DNA from: Hormiphora californensis
Taxonomy: Eukaryota > Animalia > Ctenophora
Length of the DNA: 64,000 nucleotides
Reading direction: 5' to 3'
Assembly: GCA_020137815.1 (NCBI GenBank)
Contig: CM035353.1
Coordinates: forward strand, 8,122,001 to 8,186,000
In this document: one piece after another, positions 1-14,100 of the stretch
Numbering within the stretch: the first letter of the stretch is position 1
Layout: each line of letters starts with the position of its first letter
Position numbers and translations under genes: made by a program
Notes under the pieces: model-generated
Databases searched by the model: none
Told to the model about the DNA's origin: nothing
The model's input: only the letters and a program-made list of their open reading frames with translations

Positions 1-2063
1 CCCATCTGTCAATGGAGACACACCCAGAGAACTTCTCCAGTGTCTTACCCAGTACTTCCTCAGAGCTGAAAGTGAGGAGAGGTTATTTAACGGGGGGGGG
101 GGGGGGTGTATAACATTGATGCATATCATACGACAAACAACTTGTTTTAGGTACGATGTATGTTTGTAGATCTTATAAAAGAGGGGTTGCCCAGTCATCA
201 TGATTCATGGTACTTCCTTTACCTGTCAAATGTGATGAGCCACAGGATCCTTGCAATGAATTTCCTTGTTTTACAGTCATCCTTCTGTTTACTGCAGGCC
301 TGTAGGTAGCACGCAATGGCACTCTCGGCATTGTACAGGTTCGCTCTGTAGACACTGGCCCTGTCCACCTTCTCTTTATCTCCACACCCTTTCTCAACCT
401 GGGGGTGAGGGAATTTGGAGGTTTGTGGGGTATCATGACAGGGTCAGATAATCGATTGGGACCGAGGTGTTGTAGTGGAGTAAGGAATAAGAACTGTACC
501 CACTATTAAAGAACCACCCACTCTCCCAGTATTCAAAAGGGTAACAACTGCACCAGCAGTACATACCTCGTTGTGGAAGAGCTCATCACAGTACTGAGCC
601 CATAGAGCCCAGGCACCCGGGACATTAGCACTAATCTGTATTGCCCCACTAAAGGTCTTCATGGCATCTTCACTCTTCCCCAATATGGCGTATATATGGG
701 CCTTCTGAGCTAGCACATAGGACTTGTACTCCGGTTGGGAGAGAGCCCTCATGTTAACACCTGGGGGGGTGTTAGTCATGCACTGTGTGGGTGGGGAGGG
801 GGTGTTAACACCTGGAGATGGGGGAGGGGTGTTATATGTCATGGCAGACTAGAGAGAGACAGGGAGAGAAAGGGAGAAAAAGGGAGTGAGCGAGAGAAAA
901 GGAGAGATGGGGGTGATTGTAAAAGAGATTTACAGCATGAAATGAGAGAAAAGTATAAAGGAACCTATCATGATTATAATGAATGAAACTAAAGAGAATC
1001 CTTCTCATGATCAGGGCTCAGGCTAAGCCAACTTCAAGGAGAATATAGAGCCCGGTCAGCGGATCACAGGGATAGGGGAGCGGAGATGTGTGAGTGTACC
1101 CAATTAGATCCCAATCTCGACTTGACGGAGGGCGCGATAATTCGAGATCTCTACAGTGCTGAAATTGTATTTTATTTTCCGTACGCCAGTTGTGTTTAGG
1201 TCTCACTTTAGTCATGTACTGTGTGGATGGGGACTGGGGAAGGGGGATTGGGATGTTAACACTTTTATAGGAGGGGGTTTTTAGTGATTTTATACAATCT
1301 TGATAACACTTCGATAACACCATAAAAAACCATTGGCTGCCCTGGTCCTCTGTACAGGAGTGGGTACCTACCACTACCACCCCGGTACCTACCCTCAATA
1401 ACATCTAGAGCTGCCACAAGGTCCTGTTGAGATGCAGGAGGGAGGAGGTGGGTCTTTATCTGTTCCTTTAGTTTCTTATAACAGTCAGTTACAGGTACAC
1501 TGGGTAGTGTGTGGACCCTAGCCAGCCACTCCTGGGCCATACTGGACATACCGTGCTTTCGGGCCAGGGATGCGTACGTGACCTGGAGGACGGGGGGGTT
1601 GTATTGGATATGAATCTCAGCTGCCAAACATGTGTTAGTCAGTGTAGTACTACCGGGTATGATAGTATCACGACTAGTGTTGGACAATGTCATAACTAAC
1701 CATGGCCGATGCAGAGCTCTGTTGTGCTACGTGAGCGTTCTGTAGGTTGAATGCACCCATCTGGTCCATGTCAACCATACCGTTCTCGATCGGCCCGTAG
1801 AACTACGAGAGAGGAGGTGTGTTAGTAATGCACTAAAAAGTTTAGATGTGTTAGTAATGAACTCAAAAGTGTCTCTCTAGAAAGGATATATTATGTGAGG
1901 GGACACTAACATCGATGATCTTCTGATGGTAGTACTGTCTCCAGCTGTAGATGTCGTTCCAGTGGGAGATATCATCTGAGATAACCAGGGGCCTGTTCCT
2001 CCAGGATTTTAACATCAACTAAGAAGAGGATGGAGTTATGGAGAGAGAGAGGAGAGAGAGAGT

Positions 2064-2107
<44 letters not shown>

Positions 2108-5100
2108 TGTACCTTGAAGTCCACTTTGTAGGTTCCATGACCGTGAGCAAGCCTCATTTTACTGCTCAGATTCTTGTGATTTGCATTTGACTCCTTCAGC
2201 TCTATAGCTTGCTGTGCGAACTAAAAAAGGAAAGAGAAAGATTATTAGTTCATTACAAATGCGAAAGAAAAACACGAGGGTTGAGAGACGAAGACTATAA
2301 TCACTTGTCTCACAAAAGACTGTCCTCTCCGAACCGGGCCGAAGTCATGCAGTATGACTCGATAATAATCCACATTTTGTACAACACACACAAACCTTTG
2401 TATTGTTCGGGGGAGGTGCAACAGCACAAACAAACCTGTAGTAGTTTGTAGTAGTTTGTACAATATACCTGTAGTAGTGGGATGTGAACATTTCCAACAA
2501 TGGATGGTAGTTTTCTCCACAGTTTCAGTGCATTAATTGTTGCCTTCTTCCAGTGACCTTCAGCGGGTATCTCTGATCTAGGTCCCTCTGATGCCTCCTC
2601 CTCTAGGTGTATAGAGAGGTAACCCCGGTACAGGGATACCAGATGAGACATGTTCTCGGGCATCACTCTATCCGCCTATAGGGAGGTTTAGTGAGTTTGG
2701 AAGAGGGTTTGAGTGATTTATTGAGTGGAGGAGGTAGCAAGTTTGGGAGAGGATCTTAAAGTTTCACATGACACATGTGTTCTACAAAACACCATGGTCT
2801 ACCTGAGATAGGACATCTTTGAATTTCTGCCAGTCTCCCATCCTCCAAGAACTCTCTAACTGAAGGGCGGGGTTTTGAGATCCCTTCACAGTCGCTATCT
2901 CGTGCAGTATGTTCCACTGTCCACACTGTCTTGTACACTCTATCCACTGTAGAGGGAGGGGAGGTCAATATATTTCTGGAATACTTTCATAAAAAGTTCA
3001 ATGTTGAGTAGCTCACACCACATGTGTGGATCAAGGTCAACGTCACTAGAAAGTTATTGGGGGTCCTACCTGATCCTTCCACAGTTTGAATTCAGTGGTA
3101 TCTGTAGCAACTGCTCCTCCTGACTTCAGTTGAGCAGCTGCAGAACGGGTGGCTCCCTCATAGGTCGCCTGGGAGTAGTGGGTGGTAAGGGAAGGGAAGA
3201 CTGGGAAAGAAACGGTAAAAGATATGATTGAGTGGGGAGGATATACAATTATACCTGAGCGAGTTCATAAAATCCGAGGTTTTGGTATCCCAATGCTTTG
3301 ATTGTTTCTGGATTCTTACACCGTCGCAGCCACAACCCTATTCAAGAGAGCTTTGTAAAACAAGACAGAGAAACACATTGTCTTGGGGGTCAGGGGAAGG
3401 GTTGAAACTTGAAAGTTATACTGCTCATGCGAGTCTAAACAAGACAATAGGGAATATGTGCTCGTTCTATTATATATATACCCCTCTATACCTGTCCACA
3501 TGTCGTGTTCATTGAGTTGAGAGTAGAGTGCTATCAGACAGTCCACTGCTTCATACTGGATCCTATCTTTAGATTCTGTTACAGGGTACTCCCCCAAAAC
3601 CTGAACAAACGGGTGGAATGTGGAAACTAACAGTCAGACGAGTCGCACACCCGGAACACATGTAAGAGCGGACTAAACCATGCCCAGCTGCAGATTGGTA
3701 CCTGTTTCTGGTGTCGTTGGAAGGTTTGGAATGTCTCCCCGGTAGTACCCATATCCTCTAACTTCAGGGCCATCTGGTGCCACGCGATTAGTGGGTAGAT
3801 CCCAGGTATTTTAGATAACATGGTCGTAGCGGTATCATCGGGATATTAGTTATACTCTGAAATAAGGGTCAGTTGCTATCCAGATGTAGCTGTATTCACT
3901 CCTACTATATGAGGGACGGACTAACACAGCTCCTTATCATTTCCCTATTAAAAAGGGATGACAGGGGGATAACGCACCACTCCTCCCACCTGTAAGAAGC
4001 ATCCTATACTGGAGGGTTGTAGCTCTCCTTGATCATGGTGCATTGCATCACACAGGAAGGGTGGCAGATCTCGGGATAGTCCTGTGTTGTTGCTCCTTCT
4101 TTAGTGTAGCAAACACCTGTAAACAAGATCTAGATATGAAACACAACACCATATATGGGCATCACGTGACACACTATACCATATTTGGGCATCCCGTGAC
4201 ACACAACATAACACCATATTTGGGCATGACGTACCTCAGGGAAGGTGGAGACCCAGAGATGCTCCGCTAGTTTGGTATCATCGTGTGCTAGCTGACAGAC
4301 ACTCTGTACGAACTCTCCACTCTTATGTTCCTTGAGGCTCTCTAGGAAGGCGCCATGCTTCTCAGATATCACCTGAAGTTGGGGTAACTATGAGGGTTAG
4401 GAACAGTGGCTTGACTTACGGCCGAACAATGACTGAAGGAGCTGAAGAGTAAAGACGTCTGGATAGAGGATAATAAACATTGTGAAAAGTGGTACCTGTA
4501 GATTGTTAGGGTTTGGTGTATTGACACTATCCTGTGTCGTCCCTCCTCCCTCTGCCCCCATCTGGTCGGTAGAGGACGATGACCCATCAGCACCAGCCTG
4601 TTCAGCACTCTTCACCAGGGAGGGTAACATCAGGACCTCGTTAGGTACCATTAGGGGCCTCTGTCCATCGTTAACTGTTAGTAACATCTCCAGGAACTGT
4701 TTTATCCAGAAATGTTGACCTGGAAGAGGATGATGTGTTTGGGGGGGGGGGGGGGGGGACAGAGGACCATGTGTTGGAAAGATTAAAGTTTAGGTTTGAT
4801 ACACATTTTCAAGTCTTTAAACAACAGTCCATGTAGATCAGGAGACAGTCCAGACTCCAGCCCCTACCTATTATTTTCCAGTTGAACTCCTTGGGAGAGA
4901 TGAGAGCCATAAGTCGCTCAAAGAGATCAGGTGAGACGTTGTTACGCAGTACTTCTGTGAACTTGTTACGTAGAGTAGGGTCTGTGAACCTGAGTCCTGT
5001 CATAAAGGCACTCTCCATCTTCAGACCTAATTCTCCTTTTAGTGTCTGGTCTGTAGAGAGGAATATATTATTGTTTATCTTATTTTTTATATAAGACAGT

Positions 5101-8100
5101 GTTGACAACTCTAAACCACCCAGCAATTAGGGATGTGGTGATCAAGTGGGTCCTACTCACCAGTATAAACGTGTAGAATGATATCAAGATACACACTCAG
5201 TAGACTAGTTTCAGTAGGTAGTTTGGTCTCAAAGTTCTGGTTCATCTTGATTAGCAGGGTGGTCTTCTCCTTGAGAGTTACCTGGGTACTGGACCCCTTT
5301 ACCCAGACACTTACTATCTGGGAAGAGAGAGAGAGAGTTTAGATAGGGGAGAGGAGAAATAAGGAGAAAGAGAACGGGGAGTAGGGAAGAGAGGGGGTCA
5401 TTTTCAGGGGAATTGGAGTTCAGAATCACAATTACCTCAGTAATACTCTTCAGAAGGGATGCATCTGTACTTTTCTCAATGAGGGCACCCAGAATGGCGA
5501 AGAAGAGCTTTCTGACGTCATTGATCAGTAGGTTCATCCTGTCCTTTACCAACTCTACACACACCTGAGGGGAATGAGAGTATTGTTAGGACCCTGCTCT
5601 GGGACGTTCCTATACTGAGTACTGCTCACTATTACACACAACTGACTCCTACCCGCGGTATTAGACTGTCCCTCTTACCAAAATAAGATCAGCTGATGTG
5701 ATGGAAGAAGCGGGGAGAGAAGGTTTATCTCTGAGTTGTGCACTCCTACTATTCTGCTCTCTCAACGTACTGCAGTGTTCCTTTTGAAGCTTCTGTAGAC
5801 ACTTCACCCACTCCTTCATAAAGCGCTCCAAGTACCTGGGAAACAGAATGTTTGATGAAGGAGCAATCTGGCAGGAAGCACAATGCTTGATAAAGGAGCA
5901 ACCCTCTCCCTCCGTTTAGTCATGTCTGATAATACCTACCTAGGTGCAGTGGCACAGGCAGCTCGAAGTATCATGAGGGGAGAGTAGAGAGCCTCTAGGG
6001 CTAGACTACCAGACTCCTTGTCAGATCTCTCGGGCATCTTCTCGTATCTCTCCAGACCTAGGGAGACAGAGCTTTAATATATGATTTCATTACATATCCG
6101 ATCTGTAGTAAACATATTGACACCTCATTTCCACAAAGAAAGGACATAGTACACACTTACCCGCGAAGATGTGATCAGATACCCCATCAAACAGATGAGC
6201 TAGTTCATCTCTGTACTGGTCCACAGGGAACTGAATGAACAGTTTACCCAGCAGGGAGTGGACAGTCCGTGTTATCTGAGGTATGGGTGCATTGATACAC
6301 ACAATGAGGCCCCTGCTCATCTGGTATAGGTTGATCAGTACTACCTCACTACTGGTCATCTCTAGTAGGAACTCCAGGAGTTGGAGGATCGTACAGAAAC
6401 CTGTAGTGATGGGGTGGGGGTTAATTAGTTATACAAGGAGATGGGGGTCTTCTGAGAGACATTTTTCTCCTACTTCAACGGTTTTTGCTGTAATTGCGAA
6501 AAAGGATTTAGCAAGAAGGTGGAAAAGCAGCACGAAGCAGGCTGTCGGAACTCCTCTTTTGCCCTCTTCAAAGGATTTGTTTTTCGCAATTACAGCGAAA
6601 ACCGTTGAAGTAGGAGAAAAATGTCTCTCAGAAGACCCCCCCAAAATCGGACCTTCTGAATCGTTTAAGCTTGGTCTCAGGTCTCTAAAATCAGTCGTTT
6701 TTGAGATACAGGCTATTTCATTATTTCTAAAAAAACGGCGTTCACAAAAAAAGCTCTGTACAACTTGTCTCAAATAAGGACACGCCAAAAATTTGTGGCC
6801 ACTTAGATAATCGTTAGACGCAACTTTTCACCAATTTACAGCCTTCACAAACTTTCGGAACTTTGCTAAATAGGGCCTTTAAGAGGGAAAAAAGTAAATC
6901 AATCTCACGACCGAAAATCATCACCGATTTTAATAAAAAATTTTGTGTCGATAAACCTTCCTATCCCCTTCAAATCCCCATAATTTTAAGCTTCTAGCCC
7001 TGAAAATGTATTTTTAGGGTGTCAAAAACGTCTTTTCGGAAATTTTCAAGACGATTTTAAAACGGCTGTAGCAAAAATATGAATTCGACTTGAGGGCTAA
7101 AATTGCATATTTGAGGTCTCCTTGGCATGGCCTACAACCCTGCGGTGAGAGATTTCCCTGCACTCGAAAAAAAAATTTGGTTAGCGTACCCTTAATTAGT
7201 AGCAGATGGGGGTTAATTAGTTACTAACAATCTTCTATTCATGTCTCAGAGTGGGGTCTAAAAAGTGGCAATAACCATAACCCGTCAAACAATTTCGTAG
7301 CAGCACCCCAGCAGTACATACTTTGTATCTGGTTGTGTGTAGGACCCTGGTCCAGTTTCTGGTCCCCACTCTTCTGCTGTTCAGCCACAAGTTTCGAGAT
7401 CAGACTCAGTTGGCCATCTGCCCAGGGGGACACCTTGGCTGCCACATTCCTGAAGATATCCAGCTCTGGCTTCATGCCAAGCTTTACCAGGTGTATGCAC
7501 CTCTTGGATAGGGTCTCACTCTGGGGTAGCTGGACGGTACTGTACGCACTGAAACTTAGCCTGCAGGGAGAGAGGGGTGTTAGGAAGGAAACTAAAACAT
7601 TGCTACAAAGTTGGAAATATTGAAATGATGTCGTACTTTAGTAAGAAGTTGAAGACGCCCTCTCCGTAGCGCTGCTCAAATGGTGCAAGAGGATCGGGTG
7701 GTGGGGGTCGAAGTGCACTTGGACTCAGATTCACCTGAAACATGACAGTTAATTAGTCACCATGGTAACATGACAGTTAATTAGTCACTAATTAGCCGTT
7801 ACTATTATAATGGTAACAACTCCCTAACAACTAAATATCAACAATGATTTGTTGTTATACCTTAGTAGGTGGGACGTAGGGTGCAACCTCAACTTCAGTC
7901 TGATTAATTAGCATACCCGTCTTACCAGCAATAATCCCTGAAACATACACAGATTACTTGTCTAAAACCTGTATAACAACTGCAGTAAAATAACTTGAAT
8001 TGAGCCGAAATGAAATGATTTACCCTCGATCTGTGAGTCCGTTAGCGCAACACCATGTTTCTCGTGTACCCTCTGTACCTCCCATTTCAACAGCACCTAT

Positions 8101-11100
8101 ACAAGAGAGGGAGAGTTTAGGGGTTGAGGGGGTTCAGGACCAGCCTCAGGATAACATATTTTATTCATTTTATTGTTGTTATTGCACTACAAATAAACCA
8201 GTCAATTCGAACCGGAGCTGGGAGCGATATAGTGAGAATACAGTTCAAATAACCTACCTGAGATCACCATGACAACCCCCACTACGAATACAGTTCTACC
8301 TACCTCAGCAAGATCACAAGCTAAACGTTGGTGTTCCACCGTGACTGATTGTGTGAATCCGAACCGTAGCATTGCTGACATTATGTGCTGAATAAGGTAA
8401 TGCCTCCAGGAGTAATAGACCCTGGAAAAATATTAGTATTTTCAAACTGCCAACAATTTTGAGATTTTCTTGTGCAGGAAATATTTTATGAAGGATAATT
8501 ACTTTTACCGGTTAAGCTGTAGTGATGATCACCAAGTTGGACGTCCAACTTGGTGATCATCACATCATCAACTGCAACCCGGGGGAGGGGGGAGGCTGCA
8601 ACGGTGCAACGTGGTCAACACCTAACATTCTTTTCAATTTTTGAATTCTAAGCCTGCTATGTAAACAGCCTGGGATAAGAAAGTGACAAGGGTGAGTGAA
8701 AAAGTGACCGTGATGAAAGTTAGTAGATTAAATTGTTGTTGTGTGTTGTTCTCCGACAACTAGATCCCTCAGCTCCAACTCAACTCAAGTAGTTGTGCTG
8801 AAGTTAATGGTTCTGTCTTTCATGGAGAGAGAGAGTGTTACATATTCATTATCACTCTCTCCTCTAATATTCCCATATTCCCCTTTGACATTTACCGACA
8901 GCAACCCTTCATGACTTTATCGTCCCTGCTACATCACTTCTCTGGTTTACCAAATTCATGCGTATATCGTCCTCATTTATACCACGTTATCTTGAGAGTT
9001 TATATATCTTTGTTATTGTCTATTATTATACCTTTTATTATTTACCGTTCTGAGTTCCCTCAAATCGGCCCTATATCTGAGCATTCTTACATTTGTTCCG
9101 ATACCTGCTATTCACCCTCATCCCTACCGGGCGCATATAACAATTGGAGCCTGATACAAATCCCTTTTAGTTTTACGTTGATAACTTTGTAACCCTTTTA
9201 TTACTTTCTCCGTATACCCAAACATGACTATCACTAAAGACGAATTTTTTAATAATTTTGAAACCCTAGTTAAAACCGATCCCAATCTGATGAATGAATT
9301 CACAAGCAAATATTCTACACCATCCCGTGCTAGTAGACCTGACCTTGCCACTGCCCTAAATAATCTATCCCTTGGTAACCCTCTTAAGAAATATGAAAAG
9401 GGAGATGACTTTGTAACCTTTTGTAAACGATTTACAGAACATGTGCATCTTACACAAATGGATCCTTCACGCCAACTCCCTACCTTCATGCAACATATTG
9501 GTGATGATAGCCTTTATAACCAATTATATTCCATCCCACTAACTGCCGAACAAACCCTTAATAGTGAATCATTTATAACTGAATTTAAGCAAGCCGTTTA
9601 TGGTGATGACTCTTTCTACCTTAAAAATATCCTTTTAGATTGCTCACAAAAACCCTCTGAGAGTATACGAGATTATGCTGACCGTCTCAGACAGAAAGCA
9701 ACTGCCGCTTGTCCCAAAGATCCCTACCTAGCTGATGAAATGTGCCTACTAGCTTTTATCAGAGGCATCGCAGACACTAGAATCAAATTATCACTCAATA
9801 GAAAACCCTTTAAATCCTTCTCTGCTGCTGTTAAATCTGCAAAAAACGAAGAAAGAGCCTTCAAAGTGTGTAATCCTAATGAAGCATCTTCCTCTTTCGA
9901 CCCTAGTCCCATATTAAAACAAAATGAAGTTACTTTCAATGATGGAAAACCCGATCCTTCTTCATCTAGACACCATCGATCCCCCACTCCATACCCTTCC
10001 TCAAGAGATCATTCACGAGATCGTTCCTCATCCCGAGATAGATATCCCCGATACCGAGACTCATCCCGAGATAGATATCCCCGATACCGAGACTCATCCC
10101 GAGATAGATATCCCAGATACCGAGACTCAACCCGAAATAGATATTCCCGACCCCAATCCCGAGAGAGACACAGAAACCGATTTTCTTACTCATCAAGAAA
10201 CCAAGATTCCCGACGATCCCGCCGTGATTACTCTCCCTCACCTTATCGCGATCGATCCAGAGAGAGCAAATCCAGAGATAAAAGCCCTCACTACAGATCT
10301 AATAATTCCTCTAATAATTCCTATCGAAACCGTTCCTCATCCCGAAATCGGTCCTCATCTAGAGATAGAGATCAAACCCAGAGAGATTCCTATAAATCCC
10401 AAAATAAACCCTTTAAATGTTACGAATGTAACGAACCAGGTCATTTCGCACGTGACTGCCCTAATAAAAATTTTTAAGAGGGGACGATTCAATACCTGAT
10501 ATCAAAAAATCCCTGAAACCTAATTATGATATCAGTAAATCCCTAAAATCCCAAATTGTGAATCGTCCTAATTCGTCTGAAATTTTAATTAACGGATATT
10601 GCTCTTCCCATCCCGTCAACTTTCTAATTGATACCGGTGCAGCTGTAAGTTTAGTAGCGACCAGACTTGTATACCTACTTAGAAAATCTTGTGACATCAA
10701 TCCCACTAACAAGCTAATATCTGGCATTAGCAACAAGATTGTACCCATGAGAGGCGAGATCCTATTGAACTTTCGTATAGGACGCAATCACTATACCAAA
10801 ACATTCCTTGTTAGTGACCAAATCGACACTGACTTCCTTCTAGGCATGGATGTGCTTAGTACAATGGACATGAACATAATCCCTAATAAAAATGTCGTCA
10901 AAATTAATGGCAAAACACATCCCTATCGATTCAAACCTACTCCACTTCCTACCGAGGCTAGAATTAGACTTTCCCGTACTTCTACCATTAACCCAAACAC
11001 TGCAACATCAATAGTAGGAACCATTTATCTCCCTAAGCACCATCATAACAAAAGTTATGAAGGAATAGTCGAACCATTCGACAATATATCACGCAAATCT

Positions 11101-14100
11101 AACGTTTTAATCACAGGTACTTTATCCTATTCTAACCGCAATACTCTTAATATACACGTCATTAACCCTACTAACTCTCCCCAAACCCTTTACAAAAATC
11201 AGCTTATAGGATTCTTTAAACCTGTATACCATGCTGGAGTTGAGAATCTGAAATCAATAAAGCGTGTCACAAAGCCAGAAGACTGGTACAACTCCTCCAT
11301 CGATATCCCACGTCTCCCTGATGCCCCAACTATCGAAGAATCGATCCTCAAAGGTAAGTGGAATAAACCTAGTGAACTTATTGAACAACTTGGAATTGAT
11401 AAGTTGTCCCATGTCCCTGAAATATACCGAGAAGATCTTAAAGATCTCATCGTAGAATATTCTCACGTCTTTTCTAAAGGTAGATTTGATCTAGGCTGTG
11501 CATCCTTTTATGAATCCCAATTACACCTCAAAAATGGCTATACCCCGAAATGGATCCCTTCTAGACAACCCGCTTATAAAGTTAAACCCTATCTTGATAA
11601 AGAAATTGAGAATCTCTGTCAATCCGGCCAAATCTCACCCTGTCAATACTCCCTTTGGAATAGTGCTGTATTCATGGTCCCTAAATCTGATTCCTCGTGG
11701 CGATTCGTCGTAGATGCCCGAGCAGTCAACAAGGAGTGTATACAAGATAATTACGAACTCCCCAGAATAAATACTATGTTCGATAACCTCACTGAAACTG
11801 AAGTTCTTTCATCCCTTGACTTTGTTAGTTCCTTTACCCAGATCCCGTTGGAAAAACAGAGCCGTCCCATAACAGCTTTTACCTATGCCGGAAAGCGATA
11901 CCAGTTCAATCGCATGGTTATGGGCCAAACCTCTAGTTCTGCCGAATTTAGCAGATGCATGTCTATTTTATTTGGAAAAATCCCTTTTAAAGCACTTCTC
12001 ATCTACATTGATGACATATTAGTTTGTTCTAATACCTATCCCGAACACCTAAAACGTCTTCGATTCGTATTTGATCGACTAACCTTCGGTAACCTTAAAC
12101 TCTCTCCCAAGAAAACCAACCTGTTCCAAAAGGAAGTGAAATTCCTCGGACACACTATCTCTAAACATGGCATTAGTGTCGATCCCCATAAAATCAAAGC
12201 CATTAGAAACCTTCACCCACCTACCAGTATGAAACAAGTTCAAAAGTTTCTTGGAATGCTTAATTATCATAGAAATTTTATCAAGAATTTTGCGAGTAAA
12301 GCCAGTCCCTTATATGAACTTACTGGGAAACCCAAAACATTTGTGTGGACATCTCGTTGTCAGGAGTCCTTTGAAACCCTTAAAAAGGCCCTAACTAATG
12401 CTCCTATCCTTGGTGTACCTAACCTCAACGATCCCAAGTGCACTTTTACTCTAACCTTGGATGCTTCCAAGACAGGCCTAGGTGCCGTTCTTAGTCAGTA
12501 TGATCCCTTTATTAAGAAAGAACGTATCATTTCCTATTATTCTCGCAAAGTCCCTATACACTTACAGAAATGGGGTGCCACTAGACTAGAATTCCTAGCA
12601 CTTCATTCTGCTATCCTTCATTGGAGAATCTATCTCCAAGCCAATCATTTCCGTGTACTTAGTGACTGTAAAGCACTCTTATCCCTTGATACCATATTCA
12701 GTAAGGACAATGCGTACATGCAGCGACGTATTGCGGATCTATCCGGTTACAAGTTCACTGTGGAACATGTCAGTGGAAAATCGGAACGCATACAAATCCC
12801 TGATTATCTGAGTCGATATTCTTTTGGAATCCAAGAAAAATCTGCCAGTACCCAAACCGAATCGAATTTCCCTGTCAATCATATCAAGAAACCCTCTACT
12901 CTTTACACATCCACCTCGGAATATATCTCTGAATCTTTGGCCGAAGAGGAACTCTCCAACGCCGACAGTATCCCTTATACCTCTGAATTTCTTGAGTCAC
13001 AAGCTGATAAAGAAATCCCTACCACATCTCAAATAAACAAAATCATGAACATTCTAGACCACCCACAGCTACTGGGAGAACCTATAACCCCTAAAGAAAT
13101 AAAAGCCCAATATGACAATGATGCCCTTCTTAGTGAAATTAAGAAATGGATCATTTCTGAAGAAATCCCTAATATTAAACCCTCTCAATCCAATAAGGAA
13201 ACCTGGTTTTACTACCGTAATATTGATTTCCTTAGAGTCCGCAATGACATTCTTGAGATAAAAATCTTCCCTAACAAAGATCCCAAAAATTCTCGATTTG
13301 TTACTGTCCTCCCTCATACCTTAATCCATCAAGCATTATACCTGTATCACAACACCATTGAGAGTTGCCATATGGGTGTCCAGAAAACATATGACCAAAT
13401 CTCCAAACACTTCTTCTTTTATAAAATGAAGGAGGAAATCAAGTTGTACGTCAATGCTTGCGTAACGTGTCAACGTACCAAACCCACATCTAAATACCTA
13501 AAAGCCCCACTCAGACCCCAAGTATACCATCATTTTAACCAGTGTATTCAAATTGACCACCTAGAACCCTCTAAAAAACCCACACCTCGAGGTCACGTAG
13601 CCCTTTTAACTATTGTCGACATGTACAGCTCATACATTGTTTGTGTACCTGTTCGATCCACAAGTGCTCAACATACCACCCAAGTACTCATCAAACATTG
13701 GTTCTGTAAGTTTGGTCTTCCCTCAAAAATCACTCATGATCAAGGCAGCGGCTTTGAATCTTACCTGTTCAAAGAAACCTGTAAATCCTTTGGAATCCAG
13801 AATGTGAGATCAACTCCCTGGAAATCTTCCACTCAAGGAAGAGTAGAATCCTGTCACAAGCGTATCAATGCGTGCTTTAGAGCTATCCTGAATAATCAAA
13901 ATTTCCACAAATATGACCTTTACATTGATTGGATAATCTTTACCCTTAATTGCCACAAGTCCTCCCGTACAGGATTTTCTCCTAATTTCCTTGTTTTTGG
14001 CCAAGAAGCACAAACCCCTCGTGACTTCTTCATCCCTGATCCCATTGAAACACAACCCTCAGACACTAAAACCTATCAATCCAGTGCGTATGAATCCTAC

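Noticed and set aside
6283-6788. Overlapping ORFs on both strands with repeated peptides
   Set aside because: Artefact of the inverted repeat
173-8272. Many short ORF-track entries on either strand treated as separate genes
   Set aside because: Minus-strand ones are TRRAP exons with intron read-through; plus-strand ones are antisense shadows
9924-10499. 191-aa alternative-frame ORF with [11 protein letters not shown] repeats
   Set aside because: Shadow of the 30-bp gag repeats; non-ATG start
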